Positions 26,694 through 35,273 of a stretch of DNA of 64,000 nt are shown here, in pieces; the stretch's first letter is position 1, and every line of letters starts with the position of its first letter. The DNA is from Candidatus Woesearchaeota archaeon (GTDB taxonomy: Archaea; Nanobdellota; Nanobdellia; Pacearchaeales; GW2011-AR1): positions 86,602 to 150,601 of the forward strand of contig CAYLOQ010000001.1 in NCBI GenBank assembly GCA_964385425.1. Direction: 5' to 3'. Below the pieces are notes generated by a model. That model was not told the DNA's origin, made no database searches, and saw nothing but the letters and a program-made list of their open reading frames with translations. A program made the translations under genes and the position numbers.

Positions 26694-26996
26694 TTACCCT
26701 GTTTTGTTGGATATCCAATCCATACTAATTGCCTGGGCCGTCATTGATTTCAAGTTATTAAATACAGAAACCAGCCAGGAAACGTAGAGTTTTGTGGCAG
26801 TTATCGCTCCAGGGATTGTTTTGAAATCTATGTCTTGTCCCTTAACTGTAACTGAAAAACTAATATACGTGAATAAGATTAATGCTATTAAAAATATGGC
26901 AAACACCTTATGCCTGAGTCTTTTTATTTCCACTATTACCCATATTGCGATAATCAATACAGCAACTATAAAAAGGGTAAGACCAAATTCTACCAT
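26694..26996 (-). CDS. Small membrane protein
   Basis: 100 aa with two TM helices and a C-terminal TAQAISMDWISNK. Confidence 0.3.
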   Translation of the reverse strand: MVEFGLTLFIVAVLIIAIWVIVEIKRLRHKVFAIFLIALILFTYISFSVTVKGQDIDFKTIPGAITATKLYVSWLVSVFNNLKSMTAQAISMDWISNKTG

Positions 26997-27078
26997 TTCT
27001 TATAAAAGCGAAGGCAATATAAAAACGTTTCGGGGAAGGAAAATATTTTAATACCCTAATCCACAGATTAATTAATAA

Positions 27079-27151
27079 AGCCCCATAGTCTAGTGGTCAA
27101 AGATACAACCCTCTGGAGGTTGGGACCCAGGTTCGAATCCTGGTGGGGCTA
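27079..27151 (+). tRNA. tRNA-Gln (anticodon CUG)
   Basis: AGCCCCA acceptor stem with an A1:U72 pair (typical of archaeal tRNA-Gln), anticodon stem CAACC/GGTTG with loop CUCUGGA, and T-arm CCAGG-TTCGAAT-CCTGG. A TATA-like ttttaata lies ~28 bp upstream. Confidence 0.8.
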
Positions 27152-27210
27152 TTTTAAAAACCGCTTTTTATTACAATAATCCTTTTTAACCAGCTCTTTA
27201 TAGAAATTAA

Positions 27211-27948
27211 ATGGATAAAATTCAAGAGTGGTGGGATACCAATGCGCAACAATACCAAAGCAAAAGTAATCTTCCAATAGATATTTCTTATGGCCCGGGG
27301 GCTCCAAATGAAGAACAACTAAATTTAATGGGAAATCTTAGTGGAAAAGATATTCTTGAAATCGGTTGCGGGTCAGCACACTGTGGAATAGCTTTTGCAC
27401 TTCAGGGAGCGAAGGTTTCAGGGATAGACATCTCGGAAGAGCAGTTAAAGATAGCAAGAGAGTTAATTAGAAAATATAGGGTAGATATCCGTTTGTTTCA
27501 AGGAAACATGATTAACTTAGAAGAAATAGCCTCAGAAAGTCAGGACATTGTTTTTTCTTCATGGACTCTCCAGTATATCGGAGACTTATCCAAATGTTAT
27601 CAAGAGGTAAACAGGGTATTACGAAGAAGGGGCTTATTTGTTTTCAGCTTAGATCATCCTTTCTGGAGAAGAATAGATAAAAAAGATTTAAAAATAAACA
27701 AAAAATATTTTGAGGTAGGAAGATATGAAGAACCATATATGGGGGGAACATTTGTAGCCTATGACAAGACTGTGGGAGACATTGTAAACCCCCTTTTTGA
27801 CTCAGGATTTACAATTGAGAGATTAGTTGAACCCATTTTGGAAGAAAGAAATGTTGACAAGAGTACTTCAACTGATCAAGCAGAATATAGGACAGAGGCG
27901 CAGAGGTGGATTCCAAGGACCATTATTATCAAAGCCAGAAAGAGATAA
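27211..27948 (+). CDS. Class I SAM-dependent methyltransferase
   Basis: Motif I ILEIGCGSAHCG plus an acidic residue (GIDISEE) for SAM binding. Confidence 0.65.
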   Translation: MDKIQEWWDTNAQQYQSKSNLPIDISYGPGAPNEEQLNLMGNLSGKDILEIGCGSAHCGIAFALQGAKVSGIDISEEQLKIARELIRKYRVDIRLFQGNMINLEEIASESQDIVFSSWTLQYIGDLSKCYQEVNRVLRRRGLFVFSLDHPFWRRIDKKDLKINKKYFEVGRYEEPYMGGTFVAYDKTVGDIVNPLFDSGFTIERLVEPILEERNVDKSTSTDQAEYRTEAQRWIPRTIIIKARKR

Positions 27949-27995
27949 CCGTAATAAGTAACAAAATTTATAAACTCAAACTTTTCATAATTTAT

Positions 27996-28499
27996 ATGGG
28001 ATTAAAAGATTTAAGATTCACAGATGACCAAGTAAGACAAATTACAAGAGATGCTAATAACCATGAGATGACTGATGAAGTAAGAGACTCACTTACAACC
28101 TATCAGCAGTTAGTAGAATCTGCAATAGAAGCAAGAACAGGTCCTGCATATGTTGAAGAGGCTATTCAAAGACATATACAAAAACCTCCCAAGAGATTTG
28201 TTATGTTATTTGGCATAAATCCAAATTATACCGGTCCAACTACTTATGATGAAGATGGTCTCGCAGATAGTCCTTATTATGTGGGTGAGGAATTAACTAA
28301 AGAAGAAATATTCTCTAGGTTAAAAGACGCAGGAATAGTCTCCAAAGGACTTTTAGGCAAACTCAGAACGGAATTTTTACTTCAGACAAAAGTTCATAGT
28401 AGTGGGAATCATTATTCCTTTAAGAGGGTAAAAAGTCACTCCTCAGGGGACAGAAGGTATAGGCTTGAAATAGTATTCCCTCGCCATTCCCATGATTAA
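27996..28499 (+). CDS. Hypothetical protein
   Basis: Track ORF 27906-28499 trimmed to the first Met beyond the overlap with the methyltransferase (MGLKDLRF...). Confidence 0.3.
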   Translation: MGLKDLRFTDDQVRQITRDANNHEMTDEVRDSLTTYQQLVESAIEARTGPAYVEEAIQRHIQKPPKRFVMLFGINPNYTGPTTYDEDGLADSPYYVGEELTKEEIFSRLKDAGIVSKGLLGKLRTEFLLQTKVHSSGNHYSFKRVKSHSSGDRRYRLEIVFPRHSHD

Positions 28500-28543
28500 G
28501 TTAGATTAGCAAAACTATATTTTTTATTAGTAACCACAAACTT

Positions 28544-28565
28544 CAGTTCGAATCCTGGCAGGGCT
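28544..28565 (+). other. Orphan tRNA 3'-end fragment (T-loop plus 3' acceptor strand); possible att-site remnant
   Basis: cagTTCGAATCCTGGcagggct resembles the 3' end of the tRNA-Gln at 27128-27150 (caggTTCGAATCCTGGtggggct). No 5' half is present upstream. Confidence 0.4.
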
Positions 28566-28956
28566 ATTTTTCGGGTAAATCCAGGCCATATTTCGCAAAA
28601 AGTTTTTCCACTTTGTCCTTTCCTGTTGAGTAAGGAAATGTTAAAACAAATCCAAGATATGATTTCTTCCACCTTGGTAAGAGGATTTCATCTTCAAAAA
28701 TAATTTTTTGTGTTTCAGAGACAACCCTAACTAATTGTGAGTCAACAGATGTTTTTCCTACTAGAATCGGAGGGTGAAGAGCTCCAGGTTCTTGAACACT
28801 TATGCAAAGATAATCTGTATCATTCCTAAAATAAGGATTCAATATTCCTTCTCTTATACCCCACCCCCCAAGGTCACTTAGGTATTGAACAAGGACTTCA
28901 TGTTCTTTAAAAGGGGCTATTTTTCTAGCAATTTCTTCTTGTAGTTGACTAGGCAT
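28564..28956 (-). CDS. Hypothetical protein
   Basis: 130-aa ORF; no motif. Confidence 0.35.
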   Translation of the reverse strand: MPSQLQEEIARKIAPFKEHEVLVQYLSDLGGWGIREGILNPYFRNDTDYLCISVQEPGALHPPILVGKTSVDSQLVRVVSETQKIIFEDEILLPRWKKSYLGFVLTFPYSTGKDKVEKLFAKYGLDLPEK

Positions 28957-28999
28957 TAAAAAAATTTAAACAAGGGTTTTTATAAATCCTCCTAAAAAC

Positions 29000-29536
29000 T
29001 CAAATATTCAAAACTTCTTTCCAATTATTCCAAGTTAACCTTTTTTTATTTTTAATGTGTTTATTATATGGCCTATCAAAGATTATGTGCTCCCATTCAG
29101 GATCTTTTAATCCAAATATTTCTGGCTTATCATCAATAAGTATATCTCCTTTTATCAGTGTTTTGTCTTTTGTCAAAATTATTTTTTTAATCCACTCATA
29201 CCCAAAATATTTTTCAACCCACCTATATTTTTCCAACACACTATTTTTATAATTTGTCAGGGGAGATGTGCATATAAAAACCTCGTGACCAATTTTTTCG
29301 ATTTCTTTCAAAGATTCTATACTATCTTTTAACGGCTCAAGATTTTCTATTAACCCTTTTAGGGACTTTATTCGTTGTATTGACTTCTCAAATTCAGGAT
29401 ATTCTTCAGAAAGTTTGAATTTCTTTCTTTCTTTCTCAAAAAACTCTTTTTTTTCAGGATTTTCTTTCAATAGAATTTCAAATATTTTCTTTTCAAATTC
29501 AACAATTACATCATCCATATCCACTAAAATAATCAT
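29000..29536 (-). CDS. HAD-superfamily 5'(3')-deoxyribonucleotidase-like (NT5C family)
   Basis: N-terminal IILVDMDDVIVEF matches the DxDx[TV] motif and the MDGVLADF-like pattern of NT5C; 178 aa. Confidence 0.5.
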   Translation of the reverse strand: MIILVDMDDVIVEFEKKIFEILLKENPEKKEFFEKERKKFKLSEEYPEFEKSIQRIKSLKGLIENLEPLKDSIESLKEIEKIGHEVFICTSPLTNYKNSVLEKYRWVEKYFGYEWIKKIILTKDKTLIKGDILIDDKPEIFGLKDPEWEHIIFDRPYNKHIKNKKRLTWNNWKEVLNI

Positions 29537-29586
29537 AGTGATACAATCACAATAATGCTTTTATAGTTTTATGAAAATATTTTCTA

Positions 29587-30258
29587 ATGTCTGAACGAAT
29601 TAATAAGGGTTTTAACATAGGAAAAGAGGAATTAGACGACCGTCTAGGGTTTACAACACAGGTTCCAGAGGGATATCATGTAGTAACCTTAAAAGAAATT
29701 GAAAACTCTGAGGATGTTGTTATCATGGGTATTGAAGAAATGGAATCGTATTTAAGGCGCATACCTTTGATAAGCTCGGGAGATATTTTTCCATATGCTA
29801 ATGCCACTTTTGTTCGGCACGTTTCAAGTTCTAATGGTTTACATGTACCACAAAGGTTTGTCCAAAGAAGTAAATTGATATCAATAATTGAGGGGCTTAA
29901 TCCCTTATACGATAATTTTTGTTTTCCAAATCTATGCAAAAGGCCTGCCCATTACGTATTTGGATTAGATTCTGAAGAAAGGCGTGTTGCAGGTGTTTAC
30001 TTTCCTCCCTTAGTTGAGATAGGTGCCCATACAACACAAGCACTTCTTATTGATGGAAATCATCGTATGACTCTTTATGAAGGGGTGGGGGCAACAGGTG
30101 AGACAATTTTGATAAAGGGCTCCTCAGTTGATCCCCCATACAGTGGAATTCCATGGCATTCAAGATTTGTCGATGAAAAACCCCCCTTGTCAGAAAGATA
30201 TGTTGATTTTAATCCGGTTTTATTAAAGGATTTTGATCATGTTGGAATTGACGGCTAA
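29587..30258 (+). CDS. Hypothetical protein (relatively GC-rich)
   Basis: 223-aa ORF; no motif. Confidence 0.4.
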   Translation: MSERINKGFNIGKEELDDRLGFTTQVPEGYHVVTLKEIENSEDVVIMGIEEMESYLRRIPLISSGDIFPYANATFVRHVSSSNGLHVPQRFVQRSKLISIIEGLNPLYDNFCFPNLCKRPAHYVFGLDSEERRVAGVYFPPLVEIGAHTTQALLIDGNHRMTLYEGVGATGETILIKGSSVDPPYSGIPWHSRFVDEKPPLSERYVDFNPVLLKDFDHVGIDG

Positions 30259-30305
30259 CTAATTAATATCCCAAACTTTAAATATCCTTTATTCTTAAAT
30301 AAAAC

Positions 30306-30557
30306 ATGGAAGAAAAAGAAATTGGACGTGTCTCCAGCTATTTCAGCCATGTTGGAGTGGCTGCTATAAAACTCTCTGGAAAATTAAAAGTAGGGGACAA
30401 AGTCCATATAAAGGGTAGCACTAGTGACTTTGAAGTTGGTATAGATAGCATACAGATAGACAGGAAAGATGTGAAAGCAGCTAAGAAAGGAGACCACATC
30501 GGAATAAAAGTTCCTGAAAAAGTGAGACCTAACGACAAGGTTTTTCTAGTGAAGTAA
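30306..30557 (+). CDS. Small beta-barrel protein (translation-factor domain-2-like)
   Basis: 83 aa with a G/K/V-rich pattern (KVGDKVHIKGSTSDFEVGIDSIQID) reminiscent of EF-Tu domain-2-like barrels. Confidence 0.35.
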   Translation: MEEKEIGRVSSYFSHVGVAAIKLSGKLKVGDKVHIKGSTSDFEVGIDSIQIDRKDVKAAKKGDHIGIKVPEKVRPNDKVFLVK

Positions 30558-30707
30558 AAGGTTTAACTTTTAAATACTAAACCAATGTTTCTAAAAAAAA
30601 TTTATTAATTAATAAGACTTAAATAGGTCTGAACCTCTAAAAATTTAATCAACCTTGAGTCAAGATTAAAGGAAAGTTTGATAGAGTAAGTTAAGATTTT
30701 ACTCTAT

Positions 30708-30812
30708 GCCCCTATAGTTCAGAGGCCAAGAATGCGGCCCTCTCAAATGGCAACTTGTTGACGTTTGTCGTAGAGCACGGCCGTGACCTGAGTTCGAATC
30801 TCAGTGGGGGCG
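30708..30812 (+). tRNA. tRNA-Glu (anticodon CUC) with a 32-nt intron at the canonical 37/38 site (intron 30746-30777)
   Basis: Acceptor GCCCCTA/TGGGGGC, D-arm GTTC-AGAGGCCAA-GAAT, anticodon stem CGGCC...GGCCG, and T-arm CTGAG-TTCGAAT-CTCAG. Removing 30746-30777 leaves the anticodon loop CUCUCAC. Confidence 0.75.
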
Positions 30813-30828
30813 CTTACATATTTTTAAG

Positions 30829-31485
30829 ATGAAAAAAAGAGAAAGAATCGAGAAAGTCATGGAAAATCTCGTAAAGTATTATGATTACAAAGAAAGAACT
30901 ACCCTAAACAGTATGAGGAAAAATCCAAATGCGTTCAAAATTCTTATTTCCTGCCTTCTCTCCTTAAGGACCCAGGATAAAAATACAGAAAAAGTTTCGA
31001 AAATACTCTTTGCTGTTGCAGATACTCCCGAAAAGATCCTTAAATTATCTGATAAAAAGCTTGAAAAACTCATATACAGTTCAGGACATTATAAAAAGAA
31101 GGCAAAGACATTAAAGCATGTCTCAAAAGTTCTAATAGAAGAACATAATGGAAGGGTTCCTGATAAGAAAGAGGAACTTTTAGAAATAAAAGGGATTGGC
31201 CCAAAGACAGCGAATATTGTTTTGGCTTTTGCATATGGTCAAATTGTAATTCCTGTGGATGTTCATGTTCATGTTATTGCAAATAGGTTGGGATGGGTAA
31301 AAACAAAAACCCCTGAACAGACAGAAAAAGAGCTTGAAAGAGTGCTACCAAAGAAATATTGGAAAGAAATAAATGCAATTCTAGTACTATTTGGAAAAGA
31401 GATATGTGATACTCGTTCACCAAAATGTTCTCAATGTCCAGTAAGACGTTATTGTCCACGTATAGGGGTTGTACATAGTAGATAA
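30829..31485 (+). CDS. nth: Endonuclease III (HhH-GPD DNA glycosylase/AP lyase) with a 4Fe-4S cluster
   Basis: HhH-GPD motif (LLEIKGIGPKTANIVLAFAY) and a C-terminal Cys cluster CDTRSPKCSQCPVRRYCP. Confidence 0.8.
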   Translation: MKKRERIEKVMENLVKYYDYKERTTLNSMRKNPNAFKILISCLLSLRTQDKNTEKVSKILFAVADTPEKILKLSDKKLEKLIYSSGHYKKKAKTLKHVSKVLIEEHNGRVPDKKEELLEIKGIGPKTANIVLAFAYGQIVIPVDVHVHVIANRLGWVKTKTPEQTEKELERVLPKKYWKEINAILVLFGKEICDTRSPKCSQCPVRRYCPRIGVVHSR

Positions 31486-31515
31486 CTTTAAAAGTAAATT
31501 TTTCTAAAAACTTAT

Positions 31516-31632
31516 ATGAAACGCTCATCAAGAAGGTGGAAGAAAAAAAGACAGATGCGTTGGAAGTGGCAGCGTAAAAGACTCAGAAAAGAAAAGCATA
31601 AGCGAAAGCTAAGAAGAGCTAGAAGCAAATAA
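31516..31632 (+). CDS. rpl41e: Ribosomal protein L41e
   Basis: 38-aa, extremely basic peptide MKRSSRRWKKKRQMRWKWQRKRLRKEKHKRKLRRARSK, matching the eL41 R/K/W pattern. It is too short for the ORF track. Confidence 0.6.
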   Translation: MKRSSRRWKKKRQMRWKWQRKRLRKEKHKRKLRRARSK

Positions 31633-31675
31633 GACAAAAGATACTTCTAATTATAATAAATTATAAAAGGGGTTA

Positions 31676-32068
31676 TTGTTTGTACACTTCATGCCATTGC
31701 TAGAAACAGATTCTGCAAAAATGGGAGAATTAATGGAGCGTTATACAACACTAAGAGCTCAACTAAAAGATCTCTCTGTAAGCGAACTTGAAGGTTCAGA
31801 TGATTATAGAGAACTTATCCAACTTCAAGACCGTTTAGTTGTGTTTGTAACAGATGCGCCAGAGTTTAGGGGATTATCAGAACACACAGGAATAGTAGCT
31901 GAAATAAGAAACATTATAAGACCCCCTAGAACAGAGGCAGGAGAATCCCCCTTTATTCAATGTTGGCAGGGGAGAGAGATACACGAACAGCCAACTACCT
32001 GTTCGGTCGGCAAAAATAAAATAATTCTTCTCAAGCCCCATAATGTTTATAAGTCAGAACATAGATAA
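31676..32068 (+). CDS. Hypothetical protein
   Basis: 130-aa ORF upstream of rfcS; the start may be the internal Met at 31721. Confidence 0.35.
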   Translation: MFVHFMPLLETDSAKMGELMERYTTLRAQLKDLSVSELEGSDDYRELIQLQDRLVVFVTDAPEFRGLSEHTGIVAEIRNIIRPPRTEAGESPFIQCWQGREIHEQPTTCSVGKNKIILLKPHNVYKSEHR

Positions 32069-32074
32069 TCTATA

Positions 32075-33034
32075 ATGGCATCTGAGATCTGGACAGAAAA
32101 ATACAGACCTTCTAAATTCTCTGAAGTTGTTGGCCAGGATAACATAATAAAAAAAGTGGAATCACTGACAAATTCCCTAAATATACCTCATTTGTTGTTT
32201 GCTGGACCTGCTGGAACAGGGAAATCGACGCTAGCACTCATAGTTGTAAAAGAACTCTTTGAAAAAAACTGGAAGGAAAATTATTTAGAATTAAATGCCT
32301 CTGACGAACGCGGAATCCAAGTGGTGAGAGAAAAGGTAAAAAATTTTGCAAGAACAAAGTCCTTGGGAAACATCCCTTTTAAGATAATATTTCTAGACGA
32401 AGCAGATGCCCTTACACCAGAAGCTCAACAGGCATTGAGAAGAACGATGGAAAACTATTCTTCAACCTGCAGATTTATCTTGTCCTGTAATTATTCAAGC
32501 AAAATCATTGATCCTATTCAATCCAGATGTGCTATCTTTAGATTCAAAATCCTAGAGAAAAAAGACATTGAAAGGGTTGTAAGAAAAATTGAAGAAGGAG
32601 AAAAATTACAGATTGGTCCTGAAGCCATGGAGATGATATATGAAGGGAGTGGTGGAGACTGCAGAAGATGTATAAATATCCTCCAATCAACAGCCTCAAT
32701 TTCTCCAGTAATAAGCACAGATCTCGTCTCAACAGTGATTTCCAGCGCAAAACCAAAAGACATCAGAATTGTTCTTGATTATGCTTTATCAGGAGACTTT
32801 CAACGGTCTAGAGAAAAACTTCTTGATGTAATGCTGAAGGAAAGCATCTCAGGACAAGACGTTATTAAAGCGATTCAGAAAGAAATCTGGAATCTTCCTG
32901 TAGAACCAGAGCTCAAGGTCAAACTAACGGAAAAAACAGGTGAAACAGAGTTTAGGATCGTAGAGGGTTCTGATCCTTTCATCCAACTACAATCTCTCAT
33001 AGCCAGTTTTGTCTTAGCTGGCTTGGGGAAATAG
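32075..33034 (+). CDS. rfcS: Replication factor C small subunit
   Basis: Walker A (LFAGPAGTGKST), Walker B (IIFLDEADALT), and sensor-2 SRC (IQSRCAIFRF) motifs; 319 aa. Confidence 0.85.
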   Translation: MASEIWTEKYRPSKFSEVVGQDNIIKKVESLTNSLNIPHLLFAGPAGTGKSTLALIVVKELFEKNWKENYLELNASDERGIQVVREKVKNFARTKSLGNIPFKIIFLDEADALTPEAQQALRRTMENYSSTCRFILSCNYSSKIIDPIQSRCAIFRFKILEKKDIERVVRKIEEGEKLQIGPEAMEMIYEGSGGDCRRCINILQSTASISPVISTDLVSTVISSAKPKDIRIVLDYALSGDFQRSREKLLDVMLKESISGQDVIKAIQKEIWNLPVEPELKVKLTEKTGETEFRIVEGSDPFIQLQSLIASFVLAGLGK

Positions 33035-33037
33035 GAA

Positions 33038-33517
33038 ATGAAAAAGAAATTTGTCGGAGTGGGATTCGGAGTTATGTTATTAAAAGATAGGAAGATCCTT
33101 TTAGGAAAAAGACACGAAGATCCTAAGAAAGCAGATTCAGAACTTCACGGAGAAGGAACATGGACAATGCCTGGGGGAAAACTAGAATATCAAGAAGAAA
33201 TTGAAGATGGGGCAAGAAGAGAGGTTAAAGAAGAAACAGGAATAACTTTAAATCAAGCACGAGTAATTTGTGTTAATGCTGACAAAAACGAACATGCCCA
33301 CTTTATAACATTTGGATTATTCTCAGAAGATTTCGATGGAGAGGCACAGGTATTAGAACCGGATGAAATTACGGAATGGGGATGGTTTAAGTCCCACGAA
33401 TTACCAAAAAATATCTTCCCTGCGAGCAAGAAGATACTTGAAAACTTTAAAGCTAAAAAATTTTACATAAAATGCAATGGACAGAGAAATATAGACCAGC
33501 TTATTTTGCAGACATAA
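33038..33517 (+). CDS. NUDIX hydrolase
   Basis: Nudix box GGKLEYQEEIEDGARREVKEETGI; 159 aa. Confidence 0.7.
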   Translation: MKKKFVGVGFGVMLLKDRKILLGKRHEDPKKADSELHGEGTWTMPGGKLEYQEEIEDGARREVKEETGITLNQARVICVNADKNEHAHFITFGLFSEDFDGEAQVLEPDEITEWGWFKSHELPKNIFPASKKILENFKAKKFYIKCNGQRNIDQLILQT

Positions 33518-34644
33518 GGGGGCAAGAATTTGCAGTTGAAAAACTCAGAGAATTTTTTAGAAAGTTTGGGAAAGAGAAAAGCATAATTCTTCACGGTCCT
33601 CCTGGAACAGGTAAAACAGCCCTGGCATACGTTTCGGCAAGAGAAACAAAATCTGAAATATTTGAGTTAAATGCTTCTGACCTAAGAAACAGAGAAAAGC
33701 TGGATGCAATCCTAAGACCTGCAACAGAGCAGAGATCTTTAACACAAAAAGGGAAAGTAATCCTAATTGACGAAGTTGATGGAATTTCAGTAGTAGATAG
33801 GGGAGGGATAACAGAGCTTTTATCATTAATAGAATCTTCTGCACACCCAATAATAATAACTGCAAACGACATATGGAATAAAAAATTCAGCACCCTAAGA
33901 AAAAAATCTATACTCGTTCAATTAAAAGAAGTTGATTATAGAACAATGAAGGACGTATTGATAAAAATCTTGAGAAAAGAAGGAAAATTCATAGATAACG
34001 ATCTTCTTACAAACATTGCAATAAAGGCTAAAGGAGATTTAAGGGCAGCCATAAATGATCTACAAACAGCATCTGGAATGAGGGATCCCTCTCAAATATT
34101 GGTTGATGAAAGAGAGAAAGAAACAGATATTTTCAATGTTCTAAGGTTAATTTTTAAGGGAAAGCCAACAAACAGTCATCTAAAAATTTTCGACTCCTTA
34201 AAGATGCCTATAGACGAGATAATGCTCTGGATAGAAGAAAATATTCCTACAGAATATCAAGGAGAAGAACTAGTAAAAGCCTATGACGCCCTAAGTAAGG
34301 TGGATATTTTCAAGAGAAGGATATACAAACAACAATACTGGAGATTCCTAGTTTATGAAAATGCCTTCTTGAGTTATGCTGTTTCTGCCTCAAAAAAAGG
34401 CATAAAAACAGGTTTTACAAGTTACAAAAGACCCACAAGAATTCTAAAAATTTGGTTGAACAACAGAAAGATTGAAAAGAAAAAATCAATCGCCAATAAA
34501 TATGCAAAATATGTTCACGTTGGACAAAAACGTGCGCTCAAGGAATTTCCAACAATAAGACAAATTCTTCTAAACCCAAAAGTACAAGAAGAACTCAGAC
34601 TTTCAGAGGAAGAAATTTTGTATCTAAACAAACCAAAAGATTAA
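33472..34644 (+). CDS. rfcL: Replication factor C large subunit
   Basis: Walker A ([14 protein letters not shown]) and Walker B (ILIDEVDGI) motifs with an RFC-like C-terminal helical region. Confidence 0.8.
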   Translation: MQWTEKYRPAYFADIRGQEFAVEKLREFFRKFGKEKSIILHGPPGTGKTALAYVSARETKSEIFELNASDLRNREKLDAILRPATEQRSLTQKGKVILIDEVDGISVVDRGGITELLSLIESSAHPIIITANDIWNKKFSTLRKKSILVQLKEVDYRTMKDVLIKILRKEGKFIDNDLLTNIAIKAKGDLRAAINDLQTASGMRDPSQILVDEREKETDIFNVLRLIFKGKPTNSHLKIFDSLKMPIDEIMLWIEENIPTEYQGEELVKAYDALSKVDIFKRRIYKQQYWRFLVYENAFLSYAVSASKKGIKTGFTSYKRPTRILKIWLNNRKIEKKKSIANKYAKYVHVGQKRALKEFPTIRQILLNPKVQEELRLSEEEILYLNKPKD

Positions 34645-34648
34645 GAAT

Positions 34649-35188
34649 TTAATAAGAAGGGAGATTTAGCCTTTCCCCAAAATATTTTTTAATTCTCTTT
34701 AATTTCCTATAAGTTAAAAATGTCATGATCACAAAGAGAATAAACAATGAAGAAAGAACGATAACTTGGGTCTGATTCTCTGAGATTATCTCTGAGAGCT
34801 CTCCTCCTTCTGCCTGTGGTATTCCTACAACAATTAACAACAACACTAAACATATCACAGCTATAACTCCAAAAATCATAACTAATGTAGCATAGACATC
34901 AATTTTTTTCTTTGCATTTAATCTCTCTGTAGGTATTGTTGCACTGATCTCTCTTATTTTTTTCCTAGACTTAGATAAACTTCTAAGGGAAAAGATAAAA
35001 ATTAATAACCCCATTATTGAAAAAAATAGAGCAAGGATTGAAAGGGTTTCTCCATTCTTTACATTGTTATAAAGACCATATCCCCCCACAAGAAGAAAGA
35101 AGCCCCCCAAAAAAACCCCCCCAAACATCCCTTCGTGAGAGTCTTCCACATTATGGAGTCTCGCAACATTATACTCGTCTCTTTCCAT
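34649..35188 (-). CDS. Hypothetical membrane protein
   Basis: Four predicted TM helices; 179 aa. Confidence 0.4.
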   Translation of the reverse strand: MERDEYNVARLHNVEDSHEGMFGGVFLGGFFLLVGGYGLYNNVKNGETLSILALFFSIMGLLIFIFSLRSLSKSRKKIREISATIPTERLNAKKKIDVYATLVMIFGVIAVICLVLLLIVVGIPQAEGGELSEIISENQTQVIVLSSLFILFVIMTFLTYRKLKRIKKYFGERLNLPSY

Positions 35189-35273
35189 GAATAAAAAAAG
35201 ATCCTATCTTTTAAAAATACTTCTTAAATCTTTCCACAACTAATTTTATAAACATCTTCCCCTATTTCCTACC

